A stretch of 64,000 nucleotides of DNA, taken from IMG/VR virus record IMGVR_UViG_3300032092_000008, one strand, 5' to 3'. Below, one piece after another: positions 47,946 through 58,225 of the stretch (its first letter is position 1; each line of letters starts with the position of its first letter). The position numbers and the translations under genes are program-made. The DNA comes from an uncultured virus (IMG/VR IMGVR_UViG_3300032092_000008) (lineage: Duplodnaviria; Heunggongvirae; Uroviricota; Caudoviricetes). The notes beneath the pieces are model-generated. The model was not told where the DNA came from. It searched no databases and saw nothing but the letters and a program-made list of their open reading frames with translations.

Positions 47946-49214
47946 TCAAGGCATTAAGTATCCTAATGAAACTGCATATACTAAACCTAAATTAGTTCCT
48001 CCTCCGCCTCCTCCAGTATTTGTAATGGTAACTGCTCCGGTGGATTGATCGACTGATATACCATCTCCTGCTATAATGCTCGTTACACCACCTGCAACAC
48101 CTGCACTTACTAGTGCGTATGATGCTGTTAGTGCTAGAACGGCATATGAAGCTGTACCTTGCATTCCAAAACTAGAAGTGATACGCGAAACTGTTAATGC
48201 ATCTGTTGCAAAATCAAAATTTAGATTACTACTAACCAATGAAGTATTGCCATCAAAGTCGCCGTTGGGATACACTGGAACATTGTACAGACCAGGAGAT
48301 GTATTTTCAGCGACGTATATTTGGGTAGCACTTGTGGCTGTAGTAGCGTTAGTTGCGGTTCCTTGTAAACTTCCAGTTATTCCAGCTGTTACTCGTAAGC
48401 TTCCTGTAACTTGAGTGCTGCTATTGATGGAAACTATTGTTCCAGTATCGCTTATATTACTATCTCCAATATGTTCTGCATTAGTTGATTTTGGTACTCT
48501 ATTAGTGGTTAGATTAATTTCATTACCTAAATCATTGTAAGTTTGTGGAGATTGTATAAATATTGAGGATGTTATTGCGGCTGTGTTGTGTATAAATACC
48601 CATTGATCATTTACTGAGTCAAATAGTATTGACCCTGATGTTCGTGGTGTTGATCCTGAGTCAATAACTGCTAATCCACCAAACCGGTTTGTCGGGTTAC
48701 TAGTGTTAACTGTGATTAGGTTAGTGCTAATATTTAGTTCGGATGATGATACGTTTGTATATGATGCAGTTCCAAATACAGATAAATTTCCGTTAATTGT
48801 AACGTTTTGGTTAAGTGTGTTTACAAAAGATGCTGTAGATGCAAAAGATGCTGACAATACAGACATTGACGCTGTTTGTGAATTTAAAATAAAAGAAGCA
48901 GTTTGACTATTTACTACATAACTACTAGTTGCTATTTTTATTGCATTAACTTGACTTTGAATAGATGCAGTAAACGTTAACATTGAACCAGAAAAAGAAT
49001 TTAATGCTGATATATCAGTTGTACTTCCACCTCCACCTGAGCCAAACCCAGATGCAGCTGCTGAGGCTGATATGAATGTTGGGGATATGTAGCTAGCAGT
49101 AACAGAACTCTGTACTGAATTATTACCTAATGGCCCGTCGACATTTCCAGCTGTTACATACTGTGCTGATGCGGCATCAATTAATAAGCCGTTTATTTTA
49201 CTTATATTACTCAT
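47946..49214 (-). CDS. Tail fibre protein
   Basis: Ser/Thr/Gly-rich, with TASY/TASF and ITGSL repeats. Confidence 0.65.
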   Translation of the reverse strand: MSNISKINGLLIDAASAQYVTAGNVDGPLGNNSVQSSVTASYISPTFISASAAASGFGSGGGGSTTDISALNSFSGSMLTFTASIQSQVNAIKIATSSYVVNSQTASFILNSQTASMSVLSASFASTASFVNTLNQNVTINGNLSVFGTASYTNVSSSELNISTNLITVNTSNPTNRFGGLAVIDSGSTPRTSGSILFDSVNDQWVFIHNTAAITSSIFIQSPQTYNDLGNEINLTTNRVPKSTNAEHIGDSNISDTGTIVSINSSTQVTGSLRVTAGITGSLQGTATNATTATSATQIYVAENTSPGLYNVPVYPNGDFDGNTSLVSSNLNFDFATDALTVSRITSSFGMQGTASYAVLALTASYALVSAGVAGGVTSIIAGDGISVDQSTGAVTITNTGGGGGGTNLGLVYAVSLGYLMP

Positions 49215-52200
49215 ATTTCATACCAATCATTTGAAGGTCTAAATTTCAATATCCAGTTTTTACTTTGCGTGTCTACATTATTCCAATAACAATGTCCTAC
49301 TACTCTCACAATGCCAGAAGTTGGTATTGTTGTCGACATCATACCAGTTGTATCGCCTTCTAAAAAGTATACAGGTCTTCCGGGTGCAGGCGAATCAATG
49401 TTTTGCACTTCATCAATAACAACATCGCCTTCTAATAACACTGAGTTAGTGCCTAGATAAATTCCTAACAAATATGCTGAGTTACCAGAAGCTGCATCTA
49501 CCGCTCTCCATGTACCGTCAGTTCCTAGATATACTAAATTTCCCACTACACATGATCCATGTATATAACCTGAAAACTCTATTGCTTGACCAGAGTATGT
49601 GTATGCGGTACTAGACAAGCTTTCAGCTTTAACCGTTGTTAGTTCTTGACGTTGATATACTCTTGCACGACTTACTGTATCATCACTCCAATCTAAACCT
49701 AATACACTGCCACTGGTTAGTAGATTTCGATTAGCCCAGTCAACGGCTACTGTATTACCAGCTGCTAATAGTTGTTTATTGACCCAATCTATTGAACGGG
49801 TATCTGGGTGTCCTATTACGCCAGTTTCCCAATTAACTTGAGTAACACCTGCGCTGTTAATTAATTTATACTCTCTGGTATCAATACTGCTGGTAGTGAT
49901 ATGTCCACGAAGTGATCCAGTGAATGATGTTGCTGTTACAGACCCAGAAATATTAACAGAACCAGTTACAATTACATTTTGATTTAATCTATTAACAAAC
50001 GATGCAGTAGCAGCAAATGAGCTACTTACTGCATTTAACACATAACTAGCTGTAGCAGCTGTACCTAATAAAGATCCAGTTATGCCAGCAGTTACTTGCA
50101 AGCTTCCAGTTATCTGAACAATATCACCCGATGCGACTAGTAAATTACTACGGTTAGTATTATTAGACCCGTTACCAATAATAAATGCTGCTATATCAGA
50201 TAATTCAATATTATCTTTACCAATAACAGTTTGATAATTAGCTGACGCTGTAACACGAAATCCAGCAGCTATTGAATACAAACCTTCAGTTCGAGAAAAC
50301 CCGCCAAATGCTAAAGATGCATTTTGTGCTGCATATGTATATGCGCCTAATGCAACCGCAAACGTGCCACTTGCAACTGTATTTGTTCCACCGGCAAAAG
50401 AATAATTGCCTAATGCCGTAGTCTGATTTCCATATGCTACGGAATATAATCCGGAAGCTTCGGATTGGAATCCTAACGCAACAGCACGTGTACCAGTTGC
50501 CGTATTTGATTCTTGTGCAATACTTCCAGAAAATACCGCAGGTCCTATATTAGTAAATGTACTTGAACCAGATATAATAAATGTACCATCAATCCTTGCG
50601 CCGGCAGTATCAACCTTCATAATGGTTTTACGGTTGGTATCATTGGTACCGGCGCCAACAACAAATAATGACTGTGTATCAGCCGTATTATATCTACCTA
50701 TTACAACTTGTTCTTCTTTTGAAGCAATAGTACCTTTACCAAATGCTACAGAATTTTCAGCATCTGCCTTACTTCCAGAACCAGCTGTTAATGAATTGCT
50801 TCCGGATGCTATGGTATCTCGACCAGTTGCTACAGAATTGCTTCCAGATGCTACGGTACTTTTACCAGTTGCTAATGATGATGTACCAGCAGCTATAGTA
50901 TCTTTACCAGTTGCTACAGAATTATCTCCAACGGCCGTTGTTGTATCACCAGTAGTTAATGTTCCAGATCCGACGGCAGTTGTATCTTTACCAGTTGATA
51001 CGGCATTAGTACCAGTTGCAGTAGTAGTATCTCCAATACTAAATCCTTGATCACCTATTGCTGATGTATCCTTACCTCCAGATATTGCATCACTTCCAAC
51101 AGCAACTCCCCCAGTACCTAATACTATTTTACCTACGCGATATAATCGACCATCACTTGGTCGAATACCTACAAACGGCAATGATCCGGTAGTTGGCAAT
51201 CCTGGAAAGTAAACATCTTCTTTGTTATAAAAATCGCCCGATGATGACATATAGTTTAGATCCGGTACTACTTCGAAGAAATTGCTTCGAGCAGCTGTAC
51301 TAGTACCGTTACCTATTATAAATGCGCCATCACCATTTGCTTCAATGTCACTATTATATCGACCTATTGTTAATTGATATGGAGCATTGGCTAAAGTGCC
51401 TAGACCTTCGGCATGACTTCCAACTTTCTTGGCTAATGTATCAACACCTTCAGCATGAGAAGCTTGTGCTGTAGCAGCACTGCCTGATCCTTCAGCATGG
51501 GCATAATTAGCATCAACAGATGTGTTATAACCAATGGCTTGGCTATAAGTTGAATTATTTGACATTGTAACATATTGGCCAAATACACTATTATATTGTC
51601 CACGCACTCTGTTGTTTTGACCATGTACAATACTTTGAGATGCGTAATAATATAATAAAGAACTAGTGCCAGCTAGTATGCCATTGCTATTAAATTGAAT
51701 TTCTGTATCATTGCCTCCAGCTGAGACATTAGCTATATACGAAGCTGTTAATGCATAACTAGCAGATATAACAGAATTTCTTCCATATGGTCCAAACACA
51801 TTAGATGAGGTAACAAAACTAGCTGTCAATGCATTTTGTACATAACTTGCAGTTAAAGCAAAACTTGATGATAGAACTGTCATTGAACTAGTCTGACTAT
51901 TTAGTACAAAACTAGACGTGGCAGTATTCAATACATAATTAGGTGCTAATGATGCAGTTAAAGCAAAACTTGATGTACCGGCAAATCTACTAGCTGCAGA
52001 TCCAGACCAAGCAGTAAATATAGGATCTGATTCTGGGCCTCCACCTCCGCCTAAAGCCGCAGATGCTGTATAATACACTTGGCCAGTAGTTGGGTTATAT
52101 GTTAATACGTTACTTGTACTACCCGTTATTAATCCCTTTGCGTATAAATTTGACGCTGATAATATTAATTGATCACTGCCTGACCAATATAAAACAGCCT

Positions 52201-52651
52201 TATCATTTTCATTATATAAACTTCTACTAGCCCAATTAATTGATGTTTTTGATGTTGCTCCATTAAATGCATTTAATGATTTATGCTCCCAATTGACAGC
52301 TTCTATACCAGCATCGTCTCGCAAATACCTATTTAACCAATTTAACGTTACTTCATCATTGTTAGTAACTAATTCCCCAGTATTCCAATATACAGCTGTG
52401 TTGCCATTATCATACGTTAACAATCTATTAGCCCAATCTGCAGCTACTGATGCATCTGATGAAAATAATTGACGGGCGTCCCATTCAACACTCGGTACTC
52501 CATTTGCGGCAAGTTGATGTAGATCCCAATCCAAAACAGTTTGGCCATTGTAAATTAATTCACGATTGATTGTATTTAAACTACCGGTTGCAATAACCGA
52601 GTTCAGTATGGCATCAGAGCCTGATGTTATGACTTTTTTCCAGCTTGGCAT
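49211..52651 (-). CDS. Large tail fibre / adhesin with YadA-like head repeats
   Basis: 1146 aa; 14-residue A.G..T.A.G.NS repeats, about 15-residue Trp repeats, GAGGAG RBS. Confidence 0.75.
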   Translation of the reverse strand: MPSWKKVITSGSDAILNSVIATGSLNTINRELIYNGQTVLDWDLHQLAANGVPSVEWDARQLFSSDASVAADWANRLLTYDNGNTAVYWNTGELVTNNDEVTLNWLNRYLRDDAGIEAVNWEHKSLNAFNGATSKTSINWASRSLYNENDKAVLYWSGSDQLILSASNLYAKGLITGSTSNVLTYNPTTGQVYYTASAALGGGGGPESDPIFTAWSGSAASRFAGTSSFALTASLAPNYVLNTATSSFVLNSQTSSMTVLSSSFALTASYVQNALTASFVTSSNVFGPYGRNSVISASYALTASYIANVSAGGNDTEIQFNSNGILAGTSSLLYYYASQSIVHGQNNRVRGQYNSVFGQYVTMSNNSTYSQAIGYNTSVDANYAHAEGSGSAATAQASHAEGVDTLAKKVGSHAEGLGTLANAPYQLTIGRYNSDIEANGDGAFIIGNGTSTAARSNFFEVVPDLNYMSSSGDFYNKEDVYFPGLPTTGSLPFVGIRPSDGRLYRVGKIVLGTGGVAVGSDAISGGKDTSAIGDQGFSIGDTTTATGTNAVSTGKDTTAVGSGTLTTGDTTTAVGDNSVATGKDTIAAGTSSLATGKSTVASGSNSVATGRDTIASGSNSLTAGSGSKADAENSVAFGKGTIASKEEQVVIGRYNTADTQSLFVVGAGTNDTNRKTIMKVDTAGARIDGTFIISGSSTFTNIGPAVFSGSIAQESNTATGTRAVALGFQSEASGLYSVAYGNQTTALGNYSFAGGTNTVASGTFAVALGAYTYAAQNASLAFGGFSRTEGLYSIAAGFRVTASANYQTVIGKDNIELSDIAAFIIGNGSNNTNRSNLLVASGDIVQITGSLQVTAGITGSLLGTAATASYVLNAVSSSFAATASFVNRLNQNVIVTGSVNISGSVTATSFTGSLRGHITTSSIDTREYKLINSAGVTQVNWETGVIGHPDTRSIDWVNKQLLAAGNTVAVDWANRNLLTSGSVLGLDWSDDTVSRARVYQRQELTTVKAESLSSTAYTYSGQAIEFSGYIHGSCVVGNLVYLGTDGTWRAVDAASGNSAYLLGIYLGTNSVLLEGDVVIDEVQNIDSPAPGRPVYFLEGDTTGMMSTTIPTSGIVRVVGHCYWNNVDTQSKNWILKFRPSNDWYEI
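50760..51080. repeat. Degenerate 42-bp tandem repeats encoding YadA-like head units
   Basis: Recurrent ccagttgcta...gaatt...ccagatgcta / gtatctttacc units. Confidence 0.75.
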
Positions 52652-52658
52652 GTTCTCC

Positions 52659-52716
52659 TCTACAACGGTTGGTTACATCAACGTGATGCCCACTTCCCTT
52701 ACGGGCCTATGGTAGA
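52659..52716 (-). ncRNA. Candidate cis-regulatory structured RNA in the fibre-gene leader
   Basis: UCUAC/GUAGA closing stem, CCC-GUAA-GGG GNRA hairpin, UGG-GCAUC/GAUGU-AA-CCA stem; the 3' end overlaps the GAGGAG SD. Confidence 0.55.
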
Positions 52717-52735
52717 TTTTATATAAATATGCCGT

Positions 52736-52918
52736 TTACTTTTTTGCAGATGGTTTTGCAGGTGGCGTTTCTGCGGGAGGTTGAGGTGATTGTAGATGTG
52801 TGATTTCGTTAGATAATTTGCTTTGTAGATTGGCTATGAATATAGCATCTTTACCAGAAATTGTGATTATGTCTAATGCGTTGCGTAAAGTTTGCATTTC
52901 AGATAAATTGATTTCCAT
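52736..52918 (-). CDS. Small hypothetical protein (possible fibre chaperone)
   Basis: 60 aa; similar pattern to the neighbour 52928-53155. Confidence 0.55.
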   Translation of the reverse strand: MEINLSEMQTLRNALDIITISGKDAIFIANLQSKLSNEITHLQSPQPPAETPPAKPSAKK

Positions 52919-52927
52919 TGTAACCTT

Positions 52928-53155
52928 TTATTTTTTTGATTGTTCGATATATTGATTTTGTAGTTTAATAATCAAGTTATAAAACATTTCAACTTGATAT
53001 CCTTTTAAATTGGCATCTCGTAAATACTGTAACAGGAAGTCTAAATCTTCAATTGATAGATTATTATCAATAGATGATGATTTAATAACGTTACCGGTGG
53101 TATCTGTTATTATTGGTATTGGTTCTTTACGTAAAAATTTGTCTGCTAATCCCAT
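52928..53155 (-). CDS. Small hypothetical protein (possible fibre chaperone)
   Basis: 75 aa, helical C-terminal half. Confidence 0.55.
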   Translation of the reverse strand: MGLADKFLRKEPIPIITDTTGNVIKSSSIDNNLSIEDLDFLLQYLRDANLKGYQVEMFYNLIIKLQNQYIEQSKK

Positions 53156-53175
53156 ATAACTTATTATAAATTTAA

Positions 53176-54942
53176 TTATGCTTTAATATAAATATTACCA
53201 TTAGTATCAATAAACATAAATCCTTTCATATCATTCACCAATTCAGAAGTATTACCACCAGCTGCTGTAAATTTACTTTCAATATCTGATGTACTAGTTA
53301 TACCAACATCAATACCTTGTACAAATGTCATATTAACATAAGCCTGTGGTGCCATTGCTGTATTAGCTACAGAAGCTGAATATCGGAATGCTAGTCGTTT
53401 TGTATCATGATCAAAGAATAAAGCAGATCCAGTACCGACTGTACTACCATATTCAAATACAATTCCAGAATCTTTATCGCCGCCAACATTGGCAGAGCCA
53501 GATGCTAATAAAATAAATTGATCATCAAATGTACTATTGATAGAATTTGCAAATGTACTAGGTCCGGTGAAACTAGCAGATAAGTTAAATTGTATTGTTG
53601 CTAGCGATGGATTATTAGCATTTGTGATTTGTATATAACTTGCATTACCAGGACCCGAACCAAATCCGAAGTCAAATGTATTACTAGTACTATTAAAACT
53701 ATTCTGATCAATAGTAACATTGCCAATGGTTAGTTGGCCGCCATCAGTCGCAGGATTAAATGATAATAATGAACTTCCAGTAACTTGTCCGGTGCCATTT
53801 GATATTAAAATTTGATTATTAGGAGCTACAGTACTACCAACAAATGCAGTACTAATATTACTCGCTGTTGCTGCAGAACTTGCTGTTGTAGTTAATATGT
53901 TAGTACTAGGATTATATGATAATGTACTGGTATCAATTTGTAATCCTTGATTACCCGCGGCTGTTACAAATACTGGATAATAACTAACATTGGTAACAGT
54001 ATTATCAACGATACTTGCCGATACAGCTACTCTTGCCCAACTACCAGTACCTTGTAAACTACCAGTAAAACTAGTTGCAACTACTGGGACACTAAATGAT
54101 GCTGATATGGTACTAATGTTTGCAATATTGGTAGGTGTAGTATCATATGTACCTTGTATTAAAATGCCATCATTACTTGCTGAAACAATATAATCACCAT
54201 TACTTGATGAAATGTAATTACCAGACCCACCACCAGTAGATGTACTAATACCACTAATTACTTCATCAACATAATTGCCAATATATAAATAAGCAGTAAT
54301 ATAAGCTGGTACAGTAGTTAAACTAGGATCTTGTACATATAATACACCTGCAAAAGGATCAAATACCCAGTCAATTAAATCTCCAGGGGTGATTTCTGTT
54401 GAACCATCTGATTTTAATACTTTAGGATCAAATTGACTACTGTATAACGTGGAACCACTGGCAAAACGTGATGGTATTACCTGTAATCTACCATTACTAC
54501 CAGAAAATGCCTGGCCAGCTTTGAACGGAAATGTTCCACGCTTTGCATGATTATATGACGCTTCACTTTCATAATCATCAGGCAATGATAAAGCATATGC
54601 ATGATATAAAGATGCAGCTGCAGATGTTTCACCAGTATCATCAATACTTGTTCCGTTTATACCGCCGGCAGCTGTTGCTACCAATGATGTTCCAATTCCA
54701 GATAATACAAATCGTACTGACTGTACTACTGTTTCTCCTGATGCGTTTGTATATGTATTACCTAATGGAGCTCCAAATGTTGCCTCGGTAGTTGATACGT
54801 CCTGCCCAAACGTTTGCAACGCAGATATTTGTACACCCGATCCGATGGTTTCATTACTTGGACCAAAGTCTACGTTAGTATGCGCTTTACCTGATAGTTT
54901 TTTATATGCAATTGCTAACTGATTATATTGTGTAGTTGCCAT
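53176..54942 (-). CDS. Virion structural / fibre protein
   Basis: Ser/Thr/Gly-rich; DWVFDP..G.L, FTGSLQG and DQFILLASGS modules. Confidence 0.6.
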   Translation of the reverse strand: MATTQYNQLAIAYKKLSGKAHTNVDFGPSNETIGSGVQISALQTFGQDVSTTEATFGAPLGNTYTNASGETVVQSVRFVLSGIGTSLVATAAGGINGTSIDDTGETSAAASLYHAYALSLPDDYESEASYNHAKRGTFPFKAGQAFSGSNGRLQVIPSRFASGSTLYSSQFDPKVLKSDGSTEITPGDLIDWVFDPFAGVLYVQDPSLTTVPAYITAYLYIGNYVDEVISGISTSTGGGSGNYISSSNGDYIVSASNDGILIQGTYDTTPTNIANISTISASFSVPVVATSFTGSLQGTGSWARVAVSASIVDNTVTNVSYYPVFVTAAGNQGLQIDTSTLSYNPSTNILTTTASSAATASNISTAFVGSTVAPNNQILISNGTGQVTGSSLLSFNPATDGGQLTIGNVTIDQNSFNSTSNTFDFGFGSGPGNASYIQITNANNPSLATIQFNLSASFTGPSTFANSINSTFDDQFILLASGSANVGGDKDSGIVFEYGSTVGTGSALFFDHDTKRLAFRYSASVANTAMAPQAYVNMTFVQGIDVGITSTSDIESKFTAAGGNTSELVNDMKGFMFIDTNGNIYIKA

Positions 54943-54959
54943 TTTAATTCTTTATATTT

Positions 54960-56975
54960 TTATGTTAAGGATATACTTGAAATATGTCCAGTCCATGACG
55001 ATCCTGCGGTAATACGTATTAGTACATATTGATTTGCTGCAGCATTTTGGGTTACAAAATTTATTGCACCAGCTAAATTAGTACTATTTGTACTAATACC
55101 TTGGCCGCATCCATATGTATTATCGGTATCAGTTGGATATGCATTTGTAGACCCTGGGTAACCTACAATGACATCTCTCCAAGCTGTTGTACCGGGAATC
55201 TTTGCCGATACTTTAACATTATTTGATAATACCCCAGATTCTGCGACAAATGATAATCCACTACCGGCAATTGCAATTGTAAATATAGCCTTAACACTAG
55301 CACCGTTCTGGAAAGCACGTAAATAATAACGTGTTCCACTGGCTGCGCTGTAATCTGGGTGTGTTACGAAGTTTGGATTAGGAAATAAAGCTCCTATACC
55401 GCTAATATTACCATTTGTTGCTGCGGCGCCAAATGCCTTTGTTGGATATGTTAAACGACCTACTGGCGAACCTCCTGCTGCCAACCAAACTGCTAATTCA
55501 TCTGTTTGATCACCGGCTACTAAACTTGATGCACTTGGATATGCATTTAGGTATGTAGTCACATTTCCTTGGTCATTATATGGGCTAATATCATATGCTA
55601 GTCGATAATTTTCTCCAGTAAATGTTTCTGATGTCGTAGTGTTTGCATTGGAATGTCTATTAACAATGACTTTTGGTGTCGTTACTGCAGATGAATTATT
55701 TGTTTTCCCATGTGCATTTGTAACGGTAAATCTTGATGATAAAGTGGAACCATTAATGGCTTGGCTACTATTAACACTATGTAAACTGGCAACTTGTAAA
55801 CTACTAGATGGCGATGTCGGAGTAGTAATTGTAACTGCCATGGCTGTTAATATGGTGGTTGCTGCTCCACCTAATTGAAATGTATTAAATCCTTGAGTAG
55901 TACTATTTGCGCTTATTGCTGTAGTAGCAAAAGTATTACGATAGTAATTATCTATAGATGATGTAAATGTATAATCAAATTTACTGCAATATGGTATCCC
56001 AGATAGATACACTATACTACCAGTATCAATTGATGCCGATGTAGGTGTTGCTATTGTATACGGAAAAGTTGTATTACCTGATACTGCTATTGGATCATAT
56101 ACCCAATCTATATATGCAGACGATACCCCTAATGATGATGATACAACCGCATAATTAGAACCACTTCTCCACATGGATGTTGGTATTGATACTGTACCGG
56201 TCCTATGTTGCCATAATGTAAATTCTTGACCAGAACTAATAAATGAACCAGTTTGTGCTTTAGCAAGTGTTATAGTAGCAGGGCCAGCGCCTATTGTAGC
56301 AGTGGTTACAGCATTATTATCCGGTGGCGTATAACTATAGTTAACACCATTAACGTTTAATGTATATGTTTCACCAACACCAACACTATCAGTAACTCTA
56401 AATGCATTATTTGGATAATTAGTATATGTACCAGTATTACCGGCAACATCATTATTTAGCGTTATAATAACTGGATTAACACTTGATGCTATGACTCCTA
56501 AACGTCTAAGATTACTAACGTCGCCAGTGGTTTGTGTATAATCTGTTGTAAATGCAGTAATATCAGCAAACCCCGTAGTACTTCCAGACATTGGCGAATA
56601 TGATGCTGTTGTGTTAGTAGCATCAAATGATAATCGTTGACTATTTGCCATAGTACTATTACTAGTAGCGTCTATATAATCTAATAAAGGAGCTTGTAAC
56701 GGAGCTAGTCCTTTCAATACTTCATTGAATCTATCAACCGCGGTACCAACTGGTGTACTTGTTGTAAAGTCAGTGAACAATCCGTCGTTATACGTTCCAT
56801 CTTCGGCCGCTCCGATATTAAAGTTACCAACAAAACTTCCAGAGAATGATCCTGATAGTACTGTAGTCGCGGCTAGATTAGTTACTTGTTGTAATGGTTG
56901 GCCTGGTGCTCTATATAATGATGCACTTAATTCTGCTACACTACCCGATACTATGACTTTTTTCCATGTTGCCAT
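54960..56975 (-). CDS. Virion structural protein
   Basis: MATWKKVIVSGS N-terminus (shared with 49211-52651), IG..EDG.Y.DGL.DF module, beta-rich. Confidence 0.6.
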   Translation of the reverse strand: MATWKKVIVSGSVAELSASLYRAPGQPLQQVTNLAATTVLSGSFSGSFVGNFNIGAAEDGTYNDGLFTDFTTSTPVGTAVDRFNEVLKGLAPLQAPLLDYIDATSNSTMANSQRLSFDATNTTASYSPMSGSTTGFADITAFTTDYTQTTGDVSNLRRLGVIASSVNPVIITLNNDVAGNTGTYTNYPNNAFRVTDSVGVGETYTLNVNGVNYSYTPPDNNAVTTATIGAGPATITLAKAQTGSFISSGQEFTLWQHRTGTVSIPTSMWRSGSNYAVVSSSLGVSSAYIDWVYDPIAVSGNTTFPYTIATPTSASIDTGSIVYLSGIPYCSKFDYTFTSSIDNYYRNTFATTAISANSTTQGFNTFQLGGAATTILTAMAVTITTPTSPSSSLQVASLHSVNSSQAINGSTLSSRFTVTNAHGKTNNSSAVTTPKVIVNRHSNANTTTSETFTGENYRLAYDISPYNDQGNVTTYLNAYPSASSLVAGDQTDELAVWLAAGGSPVGRLTYPTKAFGAAATNGNISGIGALFPNPNFVTHPDYSAASGTRYYLRAFQNGASVKAIFTIAIAGSGLSFVAESGVLSNNVKVSAKIPGTTAWRDVIVGYPGSTNAYPTDTDNTYGCGQGISTNSTNLAGAINFVTQNAAANQYVLIRITAGSSWTGHISSISLT

Positions 56976-57028
56976 GTTATATCCTGTTTTATTTTTTATC
57001 TATCATAAATAAATATCATCACATACAA

Positions 57029-57349
57029 TTAATCCAGTCCGACAAAGAAATTTGTTGATGTGAAATACATTCCACCATTAGGTGCTGTTGTAGTTAGTTC
57101 TGCACTTTGAGTAGCTATTATTGCATATCCACTTTGTGTTACCGAGAATATTGCGTTACCAGTGCTACCTTTTACAAGAAATAAATTTGCAGTATCACTT
57201 TGTATGCTCAATGAACTAGAAATTAAAATACTGCTTGTTGTAAACCAAGTATTATACTCATCTGTTTTTACAAAAAATGGCGGCCCTGATTGACCAGGTA
57301 GTCCAGGAATACCTTGTGGGCCTTGTGAAAATACCTGTATTACACGCAT
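57029..57349 (-). CDS. Small structural protein with collagen-like stretch
   Basis: GPQGIPGLPGQSGPP; ATATTTAT motif upstream. Confidence 0.55.
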   Translation of the reverse strand: MRVIQVFSQGPQGIPGLPGQSGPPFFVKTDEYNTWFTTSSILISSSLSIQSDTANLFLVKGSTGNAIFSVTQSGYAIIATQSAELTTTAPNGGMYFTSTNFFVGLD

Positions 57350-57512
57350 GTAGTTCTCTTATGCAATTCTTTATAATAAATATGTATTAACTATAGTACA
57401 TGCCGTAAAAGAAAGTATGTATTTTCGTTCAACTATGGTATCATTACCGAACAAGTATATAGTTCTATAAGTCCTAGTTAATATCTAATTCATACACAAT
57501 ACACTTTGACTT

Positions 57513-58193
57513 TTAGTCCCGGTATTCTTCATATATTCTTAAGATAGGTTCTACAATTTCATGACGGTGATTTGTCTTAAGAACACAGATACGCACGCCT
57601 TTTACATTTTCTTCTAACCGTACAAAAAACCCAATACCTGAATCTTTTTTACTTTTTAAATCAGTTTGGCTCATATCACCACAAAATACCATTTTACCAC
57701 CTTTACCTAAACGTCCTAACATCATTTCTGTTTGACCGTGTGTGATATTTTGACATTCATCTACTATTACAAAACAATTTGGAAATGTACGTCCACGCAT
57801 AAATGCAAATGGTACCACTTCAATCTCACCATTAATAAGCATCTTGTCTACTTTTTCTTTGTCATATAACATGTAAAGATTAGCATAGATAGGAGCTAAC
57901 CACGGATCCATTTTTTCTTTAAGGTCACCTGGCAAGAATCCAATATCTTCCTTGGCAACGGTTGGCCTTGTGATTATAATTTTTTCAATCTCGCGTTTAA
58001 AAAACATATCTAACGCTGCTTGACAAGCAACTAAAGTTTTACCAGAACCAGCTTGTCCTTTAATTAATACAACTGGATTATCAAACATCAATGACTTGGC
58101 ATTGCGTTGTTCTTCATTAAGTTCAATTTTAAACTTGATAGGGTTCTTTGGTTTTCTTTTATCGAAGTTAGATAACTTTGTAGCTTGTTCCAT
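57513..58193 (-). CDS. phoH: PhoH-family ATPase
   Basis: GQAGSGKT, RP, GFLPG, FMRGRTF, DECQN, GD..Q.D, RH. Confidence 0.95.
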   Translation of the reverse strand: MEQATKLSNFDKRKPKNPIKFKIELNEEQRNAKSLMFDNPVVLIKGQAGSGKTLVACQAALDMFFKREIEKIIITRPTVAKEDIGFLPGDLKEKMDPWLAPIYANLYMLYDKEKVDKMLINGEIEVVPFAFMRGRTFPNCFVIVDECQNITHGQTEMMLGRLGKGGKMVFCGDMSQTDLKSKKDSGIGFFVRLEENVKGVRICVLKTNHRHEIVEPILRIYEEYRD

Positions 58194-58225
58194 AACTATT
58201 ACCTTTTGTATAAATATAAAGACAT

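Noticed and set aside
50760..51080. CRISPR array or DGR template/variable repeat
   Set aside because: The repeats are in-frame, degenerate coding units without spacers; no reverse transcriptase or adenine-specific repeat pair was seen.
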